The notes beneath the pieces are model-generated. The model searched no databases, was not told the origin of the DNA, and saw only the letters and a list, made by a program, of their open reading frames with translations. Made by a program: the position numbers and the translations under genes. A stretch of DNA of 52,668 bases, filler included, from Sphacelaria rigidula (taxonomy: Eukaryota), in NCBI GenBank assembly GCA_964200075.2. It is 2 parts of 2 records of this genome, joined end to end, with 100 filler letters (N's around TTAATTAATTAA, not from the genome) between each part and the next. Parts side by side here need not be neighbours in the genome. Positions count along the whole stretch, not along the records: positions 26,385 to 52,668 come from CAXNAA020000144.1; 1 more part is not named here. One strand, 5' to 3'. Positions 34,411 to 47,047 of this stretch are shown here, piece after piece. Position 1 is the stretch's first letter. The number at the start of each line of letters is the position of its first letter.

Positions 34411-35700
34411 TCAGGTGTTACTTTGAAACCGCATCATACGCGCCAAAACATCTCCTTCGTCTATGGGAGTGCCCCCTGCACTACCCCTTCCCCTGCCCGA
34501 CTTATCTACATTAGTTGATATACCACTATCGCTACGTGCCGCAAACGCACTACCCGCATCGCCGGAAGGCGTGCAGGGGTTGCTACCAGGTGCCGTGCCC
34601 CTCATCATGGCCGAAAGAACGTCATTTTCTCGCCGCGCTACGCCAGCAGCTGTATACGCGGGCATTGGGGAAGGGAAAACAGGCGTCGCAAAACTGCCGC
34701 TGCCTGGAGTACCATCGACTACTCTACGGGCAGCAGGGGAGAACGGCGACTCCGGTGCTCGCATATCCCGCGTTCTGGTACCGCTACCTAGCTTCACTGC
34801 ACATTCCGCCCCGATCCCCGCAGGGCTCGCGGCAGACCTGCTCGCCGCTTGTTTTCCTCCCTCACCCATTCTCGCCGGTGCACCACCATTGGTTGTATCT
34901 CGGTAGGGCACTTTCGTCCCTGCCGATACTGGTGCCATCGTCGGGCTCTTCAGTGGCGTACCCCGCGCCTGATCTAATGAAATACCTTCGTCGGCAGCCA
35001 TTTGGCGAATGATCGCTTGACGCTCTGCCTCCTGGCGAAGCTTCATCATTACAACAGACTCTTTATCTCGAAGAGAGGCCGGTGTACCGGCTCCCTCTCC
35101 GCTGTAAGTCGAGCCCGGCGTCGCCGGAGGGGAAGCTTTTTCTCGTCGAGGAGCGAAGGATGAGCGTTTGGCTCTTTTTTTCTTGCCGATGTGGCTGGCA
35201 CGCATGGTTTCGTGGTCGTCATCGTACGCGGCTACTGCCTCATCGGCAGCATCGGGAGAGGCGAATATCACCAACGCTTTGTTGCCGGATCCGGCTTCGA
35301 TAGACACGGATTCGACCCTGCCGAATCTTGAGAACAAAACATCCAGCGTGTGATCCGAATGGGATTCCTTTTTCGTACTCCACTTGACTCTGACCGTCCG
35401 ATCCTCCAAGTCATCCTCATCGTGTTCGCCCACCACGGTGGACGCGCCCCTCTTCCTTGATCGTTCCAGTTCCATCGCCGCTTTTTGCTCTCGGCTTTTT
35501 CGCTCCCTTTCCCGCCCCTGTTGCTTTCGCATTTCTTCACCTCGTTTCTTTAGCTCTGCAACTAACCTCGCCTCCCCACCCGTTCCCAGACCAGCGCTTC
35601 CCGTGCTAAAGCGCCGAGCGCCTACGACTCCGTTTTCCCGTCGTTCGAGCTCTTCTCGGAGCTGGCGACGTTTTTGCCCCATGTTCCGGTATTGCTCCGC
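34411..35700 (-). CDS. DNAJC17: DnaJ homolog subfamily C member 17 (Cwc23-like spliceosomal J-protein), terminal exon with coiled coil and RRM
   Basis: Part of the 443-aa ORF, with acceptor ttgcag at 35703-35701. Contains KRRQLREELERRE (post-J-domain helix), an RRM starting RTVRVKW...LDVLFSRFGRVESVSI...KALVIFASPDAADEAV, and the ESVVMMKLRQEAERQAIIRQM motif. I did not find the HPD J-domain exons in the window. Confidence 0.82.
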   Translation of the reverse strand, partial: AEQYRNMGQKRRQLREELERRENGVVGARRFSTGSAGLGTGGEARLVAELKKRGEEMRKQQGRERERKSREQKAAMELERSRKRGASTVVGEHDEDDLEDRTVRVKWSTKKESHSDHTLDVLFSRFGRVESVSIEAGSGNKALVIFASPDAADEAVAAYDDDHETMRASHIGKKKRAKRSSFAPRREKASPPATPGSTYSGEGAGTPASLRDKESVVMMKLRQEAERQAIIRQMAADEGISLDQARGTPLKSPTMAPVSAGTKVPYRDTTNGGAPARMGEGGKQAASRSAASPAGIGAECAVKLGSGTRTRDMRAPESPFSPAARRVVDGTPGSGSFATPVFPSPMPAYTAAGVARRENDVLSAMMRGTAPGSNPCTPSGDAGSAFAARSDSGISTNVDKSGRGRGSAGGTPIDEGDVLARMMRFQSNT

Positions 35701-37942
35701 CTGCAAATTAGAGAGGTCGTGGAACAGGAAGTGAAGAAGCATAAACGGGGAAATCAGCGCGATATATTGTAGGTCGCAAATATCCAGGGTGCGTGCGAAA
35801 ATACAACGGGTAAGGTGACGTCACTTCTTCCTTCACACTAACCGTGTATTAGTGGCACTTTTTCCAGGACTATTCGATCAGTGTGGTCGTTGAACGTTTT
35901 TAACTGATCCTTGGAACCCAGCCGTTGTCACGAGAAAAAGACGAAACGAAAGGAGATGAACAAAAAAAAACGCCAACATCGACCTCAGTAGCAAGACCAC
36001 TGTGCTGGAAATGACAGGTTTCGCTCATAAGTGCCTATTTTGGCCCTTCGACAGCGTGTTTGGCGTGAAAAGACGGCTAAGTTCTCATGAAATTGAGTCG
36101 CGCAAACCTTGCAGATTGGAAGAAGTGTCATGTCCATTTGGGGGAGGGGACTTTCCACCATTGCAAAATCTGCGAGGTCCCTTTTCCCGCCCAAAAGTTC
36201 AACTGCGCACACCGATAATCGTCGAAGTGTTCCAGAATCCTCTCACAGAATACCAAAACATTCCCAGATGAAACTATCCGCGTAGGGCTTACAGACGGGA
36301 AAAAAATATGAGTTGCGCATTTCTCCAACTCCTGTAGAGCAACGATAGAGCTCCATGTATAGAACAGTCCACTGGAGAAGAGCACGCCAATATCATTCAT
36401 TGGCCTTGCATTACAAAAGGCACTTCTGAGCAAAGATGAGTGAAATGGTGAGCAGACACTTGTACGTACAGTTATCGGCGCGCCTGATCCCCCAAAATGG
36501 GCAAAAAAGTGTTACCGACCAATATCACGAACAGACACGAACAGACCGACCTCTGGGGCTTATCAAGGCTCGTGGGGTAAAATGCGCCTTGCGCCATCGG
36601 AAGAAAACGGCATGGATCCAAATTTCATATCGAGAAATAGTGGACTGCATTCTGAAATGAGAACCCTAGCGTTATTTCCGTTGTTGTTCCTCATATTTCA
36701 CGTGCCACTACATCGCTTTTCGTCCGCGCTTGCGATACCCTGGCATGCAAGGAGGCTAGTTGGGTTGACCCAACTCAACGCACAACGAGAACACTCACGC
36801 AAGGGCGGTACATATATTCCCTGAACAAACTGAGGCCTTGGTAGACCCCAAATCGGGGCCTGTGGCGCCGATTTCAACGAAAACGCGTTATGCGCACCCG
36901 AGGAGCACACGGGTCTGTCAGCCCTACTAAAATTTCGATTATCGTTGTATACACTCGAATCAAGTAATATCAACCATGAATATTTGTAGCCCAACGCTGG
37001 TAACTGAAACCGGGAAGCTGAACCATTTTGGGAGGGGATGCGGATAAAAAAATTGGGCAAACATGTGCTCAACATGCGACAGTGCCAAATGTACTGATGA
37101 ACTTCAACGAGGACGGCCCTTACACAGAGGAATGGAGTACAAATAGTCACCCGGTGTGTGGTGTGGGCTGGGCGGGTGTTGGTCCACCAGCTCGTCATGT
37201 TTTGAGGAGCTTGATTCATCGGCTGCCATCATTCCACAGTTTTTGGCGGATAAAATGACTCGCCTTGTGCACGTGTATTATGTATGAGACATCTTCCCAC
37301 GCCAGCGAATACCCTTTTCGTACACATGCATGTTTTGACAGACGTGCGATTTTTACCCCAACTACGTTGCTCTACACTCTTTGCAGGGGTATGTATTTCT
37401 TATGCAAGTACCCTGCCCTGCCTACGACTGCTCACTGTACCAGAGGTAACGGTGTAGCTTCTACTCGCCCCGTGTCGGTGTTCGTGCTAGTCGTCAACGA
37501 TACGAATCGGTACAGAACAATGCACCAGTACTACAGTCGTGCAGCGGCTCCAACTTTCCACGAGTTTTACAGACTCTGGCCCACCCAGTGCCTGCCTGCT
37601 GCACTCAAACAAGGATTGAACGGCTGCTCAGACCGTCGTTTCCGCTGAATGCTGCTGTCTGTGATCGCCTACCGAGCTCCAACAGGACAAACTGTACTTT
37701 CGCTGCCATGCATGGTACTACAACTACCAGCAACACCATGACAAAAATTGGCGGATCCTTCTTCGTTCATCCTTTGCACTCGTCATCTCAAACGAATCAA
37801 GGGTCACATGCAATGCCAACATATATCAGCTAGTCACAACTTCCCCCCACTCCCACGCAACACAAATTACCATGAGTGGAATTATGCACACCCTGAATCG
37901 TGCATCCTTCCAACACGTATTAGTTGATCATATTGGAAAATA

Positions 37943-38228
37943 GCGATATATTGCCGGCGTAGTATATCTTGGTACCCTGGAACCGCACACGATTGCCCCG
38001 CCCAACATATATTGGCGTCGTGGGACTGTAAACATTTTGACCGCCCAAAAGATATTAGTGCCGTGAGACTGCACACATCTTGTCCCGTCAATATATATTG
38101 GGGCCATGTGAGCGACGACATATTGCACGACCAATATATAGTAGGGTCGCATAGGTGACAACATATTGCCCGGTGAATACATACTGGGGCCGTGGGGGTT
38201 ACAACATATTGGCTCCGGTCAGTATATG
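37943..38228. repeat. Diverged 43-bp minisatellite (6 units plus a partial)
   Basis: Units start at about 37943, 37986, 38029, 38072, 38116, 38159 and 38202, with consensus close to CAACATATTGCCCGNCCAATATATATTGGGGCCGTGGGACTG. Ends in a (TA)n tract. Confidence 0.7.
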
Positions 38229-40587
38229 TATGTATATATATATATATATATCTGGGTAGCGTATGCGATAACACATCACGCACCCACTATACACTTGGCG
38301 GGCGCACAGCTACCGAGTATATGTTCTACCGAACCACATCATTCAAGTACTGTACAGTGCCGCGTCCTGGAAGTCATCCTGTCCAACGGATCTTCCAATG
38401 TAGTTCAATGAGTGAATATTGTGTTGGTGTGCGGGATGTTATTATCCTAGCGTAATTTCTCACCACTCCAAGAAAAAAAGGGTGAGAATCGTTGAGTCGT
38501 TGCTTCAACATATCCCTGTTTTCTACCTTGTTTCGCAGTAAATTACGGCAGGTAATGTAAACCCTCTAGTTTACTGGTGCTCTGTTGCTCATGCCCTGGA
38601 CAAAACAATATGTTCCAACACGATAACAATACTTGATAATGGAAACAGCGCAAGTATTGTCTTCACAACGTACAACGTTGAGATCTCCTCGGAGATATTG
38701 AAGCGACAGTACATATTTATCCCGTCATGATTGTGAAGCAATGCATGCCAATATGTATTGGGCATGAACTTGCTCCGTGAACAAAACGTTCAATATAAAT
38801 TGTTCGTGCCAGCCGTGTATGTAATGAAATGTCAATACATATATCGAGTCGAAGTGACGGATAACATACTGTTGTGAAAATGTATATTGAACGCAAACCA
38901 TGCAAACGTATCGTTTCCCCAATTTTTATATTTTGCACGCTCATCGCATAGCTTTTGTGCAGACAATATATACTGAACACGCTCGCGAAGAAATATGTCG
39001 AGCGTTTTCGGCATCTGGTGACACATACATCTTTCAATGGCGCCCACGAACATAATAGTGACCACCATACTAATCCCGACACACATTTCCACTCCGAAAA
39101 TTGAACCAGTAATATTCATTGCTCCGTCACATATAATGCGACGGTCGATTCCCTCGTGTATTAGTCGCCCAAGATACATTGGACGCATTGACGCACGACA
39201 TTTGGGGCGGCAATCTTCGGGTGTTGAGGGTATTAGATCGTAAATATACTGTTCTCATTCATCATGTTTGTCCGCATTCCGCGTCTCTGGACGCAGGTGC
39301 AACAATCACGGGGCCTGNNNNNNNNNNCGGGGCCTGAGAGCGCACCATTCCTCCGAAGTCCGACGCACCAGCGGCCAGTAATTGATTCTTCCGTTTCTCT
39401 GTCATCAACAGCTTTTTCTTGGAAATTTGCGCTTTCGTCGATTTATTCGTTCAGAATTTCACAACTTTTCGCGACTTCGCCACCACTGACTACTCTACCC
39501 CTCTGTAGGAATTTCACAATTTTTCGGTCACTTCGACCGTTGCCAGCTCTACCTCTCTCGGATTATCATACTCTTTTCTCTTGCCGCTTCGGCACCACCT
39601 CACGAGTGACTTCGCCAGCCGTTTGCGCGAAGTTTACTCTGGAAACAGTGACGTTTCCAGCCGTTTGACCTCCTTTTGCGCCCAGTGACGCTCCCGGCCC
39701 TTTGACCCCCGTTTCGCAATAAATAATGCTTTCGTTTCTCTGTGACTACTACAGGTTTTTCTTCCGTTTCCTTTCTACGGACTTGAAAGTAATTTTTTCG
39801 TTTTGTCATCAGCCCATCTCGAGTCTCCTTCCCGGCCGTCCGCACCTCCCTCGCTGTTGGCGACACCTACCTCTCCACTTCTCCACCACTACCCAACTTG
39901 CCTCCTTTCTGCAGCAGTTTGTTTTGTTGAAGCTCACCGCGTGCCGCGCCTGGCGCGAAGGTGCCCCGTACACCCTAGGGTAGTGTATATAGATATATTT
40001 CGCTATGGCTGCGACCCTCTTCTCGCTGAGCGCTGCGGTGTCAGTCGCACTATCATTACGTACTTGAATATCTCTCCTAGTACATATGCCTTGACTGAGA
40101 TCGCTCCGGCCAAGCGCTCAAACGCAGGCCTTGATATTTCGAAAACGATGTCGATTTCACAAATTAGTTTTCTGATGCCGTCAGCAAATGGACACCTGCG
40201 GTGGTCCAAGGCTTTACTTTGTTATCAGCTTTTTTCTTCACAATATCCGCGTCTTCTATTGACTGACCCAACTGCACTGCAACACTAACCCAGTCGTATC
40301 CCCGGGAAGACAGACCTCGAACACTCGGGCAGCGATGGTGCTCTATCGGTCCGTAGGCAGATAGTGCTTCGTCCGACGGCGTGTAGATAAAAACCCTTCG
40401 ATCCAGTTGAAGTGTTCATTCAGTGATAGAATCGGCATCATTTTCAGGCCCTTTTCGAGTAAAAATGATGCCGATTCCACAAGTGAACACCTCCGACGCT
40501 TCGATGAAATGATGCCGATTTCACTAATTCATTAATTTATGCCGTCAACAAATGGACACCTCCGGCGGTCCAGGGCTTTATTCTCAA

Positions 40588-40789
40588 TAGAGAGTTTCGG
40601 AAAACGCGTTTTCGTCATTTCAGAGTGCAAATATTTCAGGATCAGAGAGCAGAATAAAAAAAGCACCTCATCGAAAAAAAGTGAAGGGGATACCACATTT
40701 GAACGGGGAGGGACATAATTTTTCGATACACTCTGATCCTAGGATATTTGCACTCTAAATGACAAAAAAGCGTTTTCCAAAACTCTCTA
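40588..40789. mobile_element. MITE with ~60 bp TIRs and TAG...CTA termini, present in unit A only
   Basis: TAGAGAGTTTCGGAAAACGCGTTTTCGTCATTTCAGAGTGCAAATAT versus ATATTTGCACTCTAAATGACAAAAAAGCGTTTTCCAAAACTCTCTA. Absent at the equivalent site near 45990 in unit B. No clean TSD. Confidence 0.75.
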
Positions 40790-41494
40790 ATGTTTACAGT
40801 CTGACCCAAATGCACTTCGACACTAACCCCAGTTGTACCCCAAGAAAGGCAGACCTCGAACACTCGGGCAGCAAGCGTGTTTGTTCTATCGCTCCGTAGC
40901 CAGAGAGTGTTTTATTCTACGGCGAAGATAGAAACCTTCGACCCAGTGGAGGTGTTCATTTATTTGTGGAGTCGGCATCATTTCCAGCCCTTTTCGAGTA
41001 AAAACGATGCCGATTCCGCACATGAACACCTGCGGCGCTAGAGGGATTTACCGGAAGACCGCGATCTGTTGAGTCGGCATCATTTAAACTCGAAAAAAGA
41101 ATGCATAATCCAGCTGGGCTACCATCACGGTGTGAGAGTTAACCTTAGACCGCGAACGTAGTCCATCTGGACTATACACACTTTTTTTAGGTGAAATTGA
41201 TGTCGATTCAACAGATGACCTGCTATCGCTGTCCAAGGGTCAACCCTCAGCGACCCCGCAGGCGAACTGAGATGGAATATGCCACATCTGGGCTTCAGAA
41301 CAGCTCTTTTCTCGTTACACAAAAACGCATTTTCTAATGATCACGTGGATGTTGGGCATCTATATAGAAAGTAGTTCCGGGGAACTCCTGACCCGTTTGA
41401 CCGTGCAGTCAATAGCGTACAGAGTCAGTATGCGTGCGGTATGTCTCCGCTGGATACAACGGCAAGAAAGAGTCAGCGTGCCACTACCTTTCAC

Positions 41495-41730
41495 TGGGTC
41501 GTGGGTTCAAATCTCGGAGCGATCTCGATTTTTTTCTCACACAATGCCCAATAGTGGAGAGAGACGATGTCGTGGGTACATAAAACTCGACTTAACGGTC
41601 GATGAGGGAAGGGACTGCTGAACCCCTGCCGTGATGAAAAATAAAAGGCAAGCACCGCAGAATAGTGAAGAACTTTGACAAATAAAGAAGAAAAACCTCC
41701 TGTGGTGTTTTTTCTCCTGTGTGACACACG
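41495..41730 (+). mobile_element. 5'-truncated SINE family A copy inside unit A
   Basis: Begins at the B box GGTCGTGGGTTCAAATCTCGG and follows the 25504-25860 body, with an internal deletion. Confidence 0.7.
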
Positions 41731-41754
41731 CACAGTATCGATGCTGGTGTAGTC

Positions 41755-42434
41755 CTTGACCATTACATGGCGAGAATAGGTCATCTGTTGAATCGGCATC
41801 AATGTCGCTTGAAAAAAGCATTATGCATGATACAGATGGACTACCCTTCGACCGCGAGAATAGGTCACCTGCTGAATCGGTATGAATATTCACTTGAAAA
41901 AAGAATGCATGATGCAGATGGACTACTCGCACCGCGATCCTTTGACCGCGAGGGTAGGTCATATGCTGAATCGGCACCAGTTTCACTTGAAAAAGTATGC
42001 GTGATCCAGGTGGAGACTACCCGCACCGCGGTCTAAGGGTTCAACCCTTAGACCGCGGTGCGGGTAGTCCATCCGGACCATGCATACTTTTTTCAAGTGA
42101 TGCCGATTCAGCAGGTGACCTACCCTCGCGGGTCTGAGGGTTGACCCTTAGAGGGCAAGAGTAGATCACAACTTGAATCGGCATCAATTCCACTCGAAAA
42201 AGTATGCGTGATCCAGATAGACTATCCTTCTCGCGGTCTAAGGGTTGATCCTCATGGGACCGTCTACCTCGCAATCGCGTGTTAACGGCAGGTAGCGATA
42301 ATTTCGTGAGATTGAGAGTAGGGCGTTGATTGCGTCCAAGGCAAGAGTAGGTCACCTGTTGAATCGGCATCAATTCCACTTCAAAAAGTAAACGTGATCC
42401 AGATGGACTACCCTCCTCGCGGTCTAAGGGTTAA
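41755..42434. mobile_element. Tandem stack of about six ~100 bp piggyBac-like MITEs
   Basis: Units such as 41939-42039, 42045-42140 (inverted), 42145-42244 and 42336-42430 have CCCTTAGACCGCG...CGCGGTCTAAGGG-type ends, separated or followed by TTCAA, TTGA or TTAA. Confidence 0.7.
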
Positions 42435-45400
42435 TCCTTTTGGGACCTTCTACCTCGCAATCGTGTGTTAGCGGCAGGTAGAAATGGTTTCGTGAGATGG
42501 AGAGTAGGGCGTTGATTGAGAGTGGGTTCTATCATTCGCTTCAAGTTTGCCAATCGTTCATTCCACGTTTACTTTTCTTTGCCTACATCACTGGCGTGTG
42601 CTTACAGCTACACGTCGACATCCTACTGAGGGATATCAAGGGCTTCAGACCATCGCTGCTTCCTTTCTTTTTTCTTTCGTCGTTCTGTTCTTTTTTTGCT
42701 GCTCCTGACCACGGGTTGGATTGTTGCAATCAGCTTATCTAATGCGAGATAATCAATCAACCAACATTTTTTTTATGGCAGTCACCAATCTCAATTTTTT
42801 GACATCGGGGGGAAAAAAATCGGGGAACGCATTTCATGGACCAAATCGGGGGCTCGAAAATATCGGGGTGTTGCGATCTCAGAACGATTTCTCCCGTTTT
42901 GTTTTTAAAAGACCGGGAGATCAGTCCGAAATCGTGACTCCCCCCCATTTTGAGGAGATGGCGTACGTGCATTGACGTACAATGGTAGGGAAGGAGACGT
43001 TTGATACTTTCGCAATCGCAGCAGAAGACCGTCTCTACAATGATTTCGTGAGATTGAGTAAAGGATACGAGTGAGAGTGAAAAGCGGTCAATTAGTGAAT
43101 GAATCGTTTCAGTTCCGAAATGCCCCTCCACGAGGTCCAATCTGTTCACTGTGGTAGCTTACCACTGAGACCTTTGATATCCCTGAGTAGGATATCGACG
43201 TGTATCTGTAAGCACACGCCAACGATAGAGGCAAACAGAAGCACACACGGAATGAAAGAATGTGTAAGGTCCAGCGAATAATCAAAGTCACTCTCAATCA
43301 GCGCTCTACTCTCAATCTCACGAAAACGGTGTTTCTCGTGGCAGCGCAGGGCGTGCCTGCCCGCACCAGCTGCTGAAGCAGCTTTGCACGGGGTTTGACA
43401 AACGGATAATGAGCGCTAACGCCGTACCCCGCGGCGATGGTGCTACTTGATGCTGCGCCGCGCTGCCACATGTATCACTATTATATCAGACGGTACTGTA
43501 CTCTCCTCGTCTGTTGTCGCTGTCTTTGAGGGGTGGTGTACGGCACGGCACTACTGAACTCTTCTCGCGCACTGATTGTTCACTTTTCTCGCAATACCGA
43601 CGGTGCCGTCATCATGCCTTATACCACACGGCATGACTGTGCACTCTGTTAAATGGAGTGTCATGCATTGTATTACCCTAGGGAACCAAGGTACGGCACT
43701 GTACTCGAAGGATTATTCACCGCCTGCCTGCTCCTCAGCTTTGCAATACCACACTCGTGCAGAAAATGGCCGTCTGTGTACAGAACTTTGTCACAAATCT
43801 ATGATACCGTCTGTACCATAAAACGGTCCCCCCCCTCCCCCCCCCCGACTTTGAGTTCGCGAATGTGCGGCCCCGTCTAAAAAAATCGACATTCGTTGCC
43901 ATAAAAGATGGTCTTACACGTTGTCTCATTGACGGGCAACAATGATTTCTACATTTTTTCTTCATACTGTCGATGCTGTCATATTCCTTCATAGGTAGTT
44001 CTTGGTTCTGCAGGATCAGTGCCTCCTGCGTCGCTAAGATTCTTGATTTTCGGTCGAGTTTTGCCCATGTTCGAAGGTTGAAATGAGTTCATTTTTGGGC
44101 AGATATCTGAGACGCGGAGGATAGGTGGAGAATGACGATTATTCTTCAGTTCTGTACGATCTGTGTCTTCTGCCTCGTTTCGATTCTTGATTCTCGTTCA
44201 GGGTTTGTCGTTTTTTGAAGGATAAATACGTTCATTTCGCGTGGATTTCTCGGACGGAGAATGGGTGGAGCTTCACGGTTATATTTTTAGTTGTGCAGGA
44301 CCAGTGTCTTCTGCCTCCTTCCGGCTCTTTTTTGGACAGGTTTGATCGTCGCCGACGATGTTTGAAAGTCCAAAGTGGCAAAAAGAAGAGAACGAGTTAT
44401 CTCTGGATCTTATCTTCGCCTCTAAGCACTCCCGTATGTGGGCGACGGCTGATGTCGGTTGCAACACTCCGCATCATCCTTTGCCTTGGGTAACGCTTCA
44501 TTGAGCGCGGGCGCGAAGCGCCTAAAACCTTGTATTATTCTTTTTCCTCAAGTTTGTCCGCATTCCGGGTCTCTGGACACAGGTGCAACAATCACGGGGC
44601 CTGACAGCGCACCATTCCTCCGAAGTCCGACGCACCAGCGGCTAGTGTATCATTATTCCGTTTCTCTGTGATTAACCGCATCTCCTGTTTACTCTTGGAA
44701 ATTTGCGCTTTCGTCGTGGAATTTCCTTCATTCGGAATTTCACAATTTTCTGCGACTTCGGCACCACTGACTACTCAACCTCTCTCTCTCGGAATTTTTC
44801 ACTTTTTCTGCCACTTTGACCACTGACTACTCTGCCTCTCTCGGATTATCATAATCTTTTCTTTGCCACTTCGGCACCACCTCACGAGTGACTTCGCCAG
44901 CCGTTTGCGCGGAATTTACTCTGGGACCAGTGGCGTTTCCAGCAGTCTGACCTCCTTTCGCGCCCAGTGACGCTCCCAGCCGTTCAACCCCCGTTTCGCA
45001 ATATTTGATTCTTCCGTTTTTCTGTGATCAATCACTACAGTTTTTTCTTCCGTTTTCTTTCTACGGGCTTGAAAATAAATATTTTCCTTTTTTCTTCAGC
45101 CCATCTCGAGTCTCCTTCCCGGCCGTCCGCACCTCTCTCGCTGTTGACCACATCTACCTATTTCTCCACCCCGACCCAACTTCCCTCCTTTCTGCAGCAG
45201 TGTGTTTTGTTGGAGCTCACCGCGTGCCACGCCTGGCGCGAAGGTGCCCCGTACACCCTAGGGTAGTGTATATAGATATGTTTCGCTATGGCTGCGACCT
45301 TCTTCTCGCTGAGCGTCGCGGCGTCAGTCGCACGATCATTACGTACCTTGAATATCTCTGCTAGTACATGTGCCTTGACAGAGATCGCTCCGGCCAAGCG

Positions 45401-46704
45401 TTCAAACGCAGGCCTTAATACATAGAAAACAATGCCGATTTCATAAATTAATTATTTTGATTCCGTCAGCAAATGGACATCAACGGCGGTCCAAGGCTTT
45501 ACTTCGTTATCAGCCCCTTTCTTCACAATATCCGCATCTTTTATTGATTGACCCAACTGCACTTCAACACTAACCCCAGCCGAACCCATGAAAGGCAGAT
45601 CTTGGAGACTCGGGCAGCGAGATTTTTATCGGCCCCTTCTTTCTCAATATCCGCATATTTTATAGACTGACGCAACTGCACTTCAACACTAGCTCCAGCC
45701 GTAACCCGATAAAAGGCAGACCTCGAACACTCGGGCAGCGAGGGTGCTCTATCGCTCCGTAGGCAAAGAGTGCTTTGTTCTACAGCGAAGGTACAAACCC
45801 TCCGACCTAGTGAAGGTGTTCATTTATTTGTGAAATCGGCATCATTTTCAGGCCCTTTTCGAGTTAAAATGATGCCGATTCCAGAAGTGAACACTTCCGG
45901 CGCTTTGATGAGAATGATGCCGATTTCACACATCTATTAATTGATGCCGTCAGCGAATGGACACCTCCAGTGGTCCAGGTGCTTCTCAATACCCGCGTCT
46001 TTTTTAGACTGGCCCAACTGCACTTCAACACTAACCCCAGCCGTGCCCCGAGAAAGGCAGACCTCGAACACTCGGGCAGCGAGGGTGTTCTATCGCTCCG
46101 CAGGCAGAGAGTGCTTTGTTTTACGGCGTATATATGCCCTCCGACCCAGAGGAGGTGTTCATTTGTTTGTGGAATCGGCACCATTTTCAGGCCCTTTTCG
46201 AGTGAAAATGATGCCGATTCCGCACATGAACACCTGCGGCGCTGAAGGGATGTATTGGAAGCCCACGATCTGTTGAGTCGGCATCATTTTAACTCGAAAA
46301 AAGAATGCATAATCCAGATGGATTACCATTACGGTGTGGAGGTCAACCCCTGGACTGCGAACGTAGTCCATCTGGACTATGCATACTTTTTCGAGTGAAA
46401 TTAATGCCGATTCAACAGATGATCTGCTCTCGCTGTCGAAGGGTTAACCCTCAGCGATCCCGCAGGTGGACTGAAATGGACTACGAGTTTGCCACACCTG
46501 GGCTTCAGAACAGCTCTTTTCTCACTGCACAAAAACGCATTTTCTCATAATCACGTAGATGTTGGGCATCTTTAAAGAAAATAGTGCCAGGGAACTCCTG
46601 ACCCGTTTTGACCGTGCAGTCAATAGCGTACAGAGTCCGTATGCGTGCGGTATGTCTCCGCTGGATACAACGGCAAGAAAGAGTCAGCGTGCCATCGCCT
46701 TCCA

Positions 46705-47020
46705 CTGGGTCGTAGGTTCAAAATCTCGGAGCGATCTGGGATTTTTTCTCACACAATGCCCAAAAGTGGATAGCGACAATGTCATGGGTACACAAAACTC
46801 AACAAAACGGTCGACGAGGGAAAGGGACTGCTGAACCCCTCTCGTGATAAAAAATGAAAGGCAAGCACCGCAGAATGAAGGTGGAGAACTATCACAAACA
46901 AAAACGAAAAACGTCTTGTGTTGGCCTTTCTCCTGTGTGACCCCGGATGGTGCGCCCACATACACCGAAAGATGTAGACCGGCGCCCAGAAAAGATGGGA
47001 TGACAACACCCGCACACACA
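46705..47020 (+). mobile_element. 5'-truncated SINE family A copy inside unit B
   Basis: Same insertion point as 41495. Retains the GTGTGACCCCGG...GCGCCCACATA.ACCGAAA...GGGATGACAACAC 3' part. Confidence 0.75.
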
Positions 47021-47047
47021 CAGTGTCGATGCTGGTGTAGCCCTCAA

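Larger units (their letters stand above)
39265..44532 (+). mobile_element. Composite ~5.3 kb repeat unit A (putative non-autonomous rolling-circle element)
   Basis: Collinear with 44552-49044 from GTTTGTCCGCATTCCG..TCTCTGGAC.CAGGTGCAACAATCACGGGGCCTG to GGCGCGAAGCGCC.AAAACCTTGTAT. No coding capacity recognised. Confidence 0.75.

Noticed and set aside
34463..35734. Plus-strand ORFs of 61-165 aa
   Set aside because: Shadow frames of the GC-rich DNAJC17 exon on the opposite strand.
37943..38228. 43-bp periodic array as CRISPR repeat-spacer
   Set aside because: No invariant repeat; similarity extends through the entire unit, so it is a decayed minisatellite.
39309..39336. Direct repeat CGGGGCCTG around 10 N
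   Set aside because: Contig-overlap artefact; unit B has a single copy at the same site.
41755..42434. CRISPR-like array of ~100 bp repeats
   Set aside because: Whole units are homologous with no unique spacers, they occur in both orientations with TIRs and TTAA-like junctions, no cas genes are present, and the context is eukaryotic.
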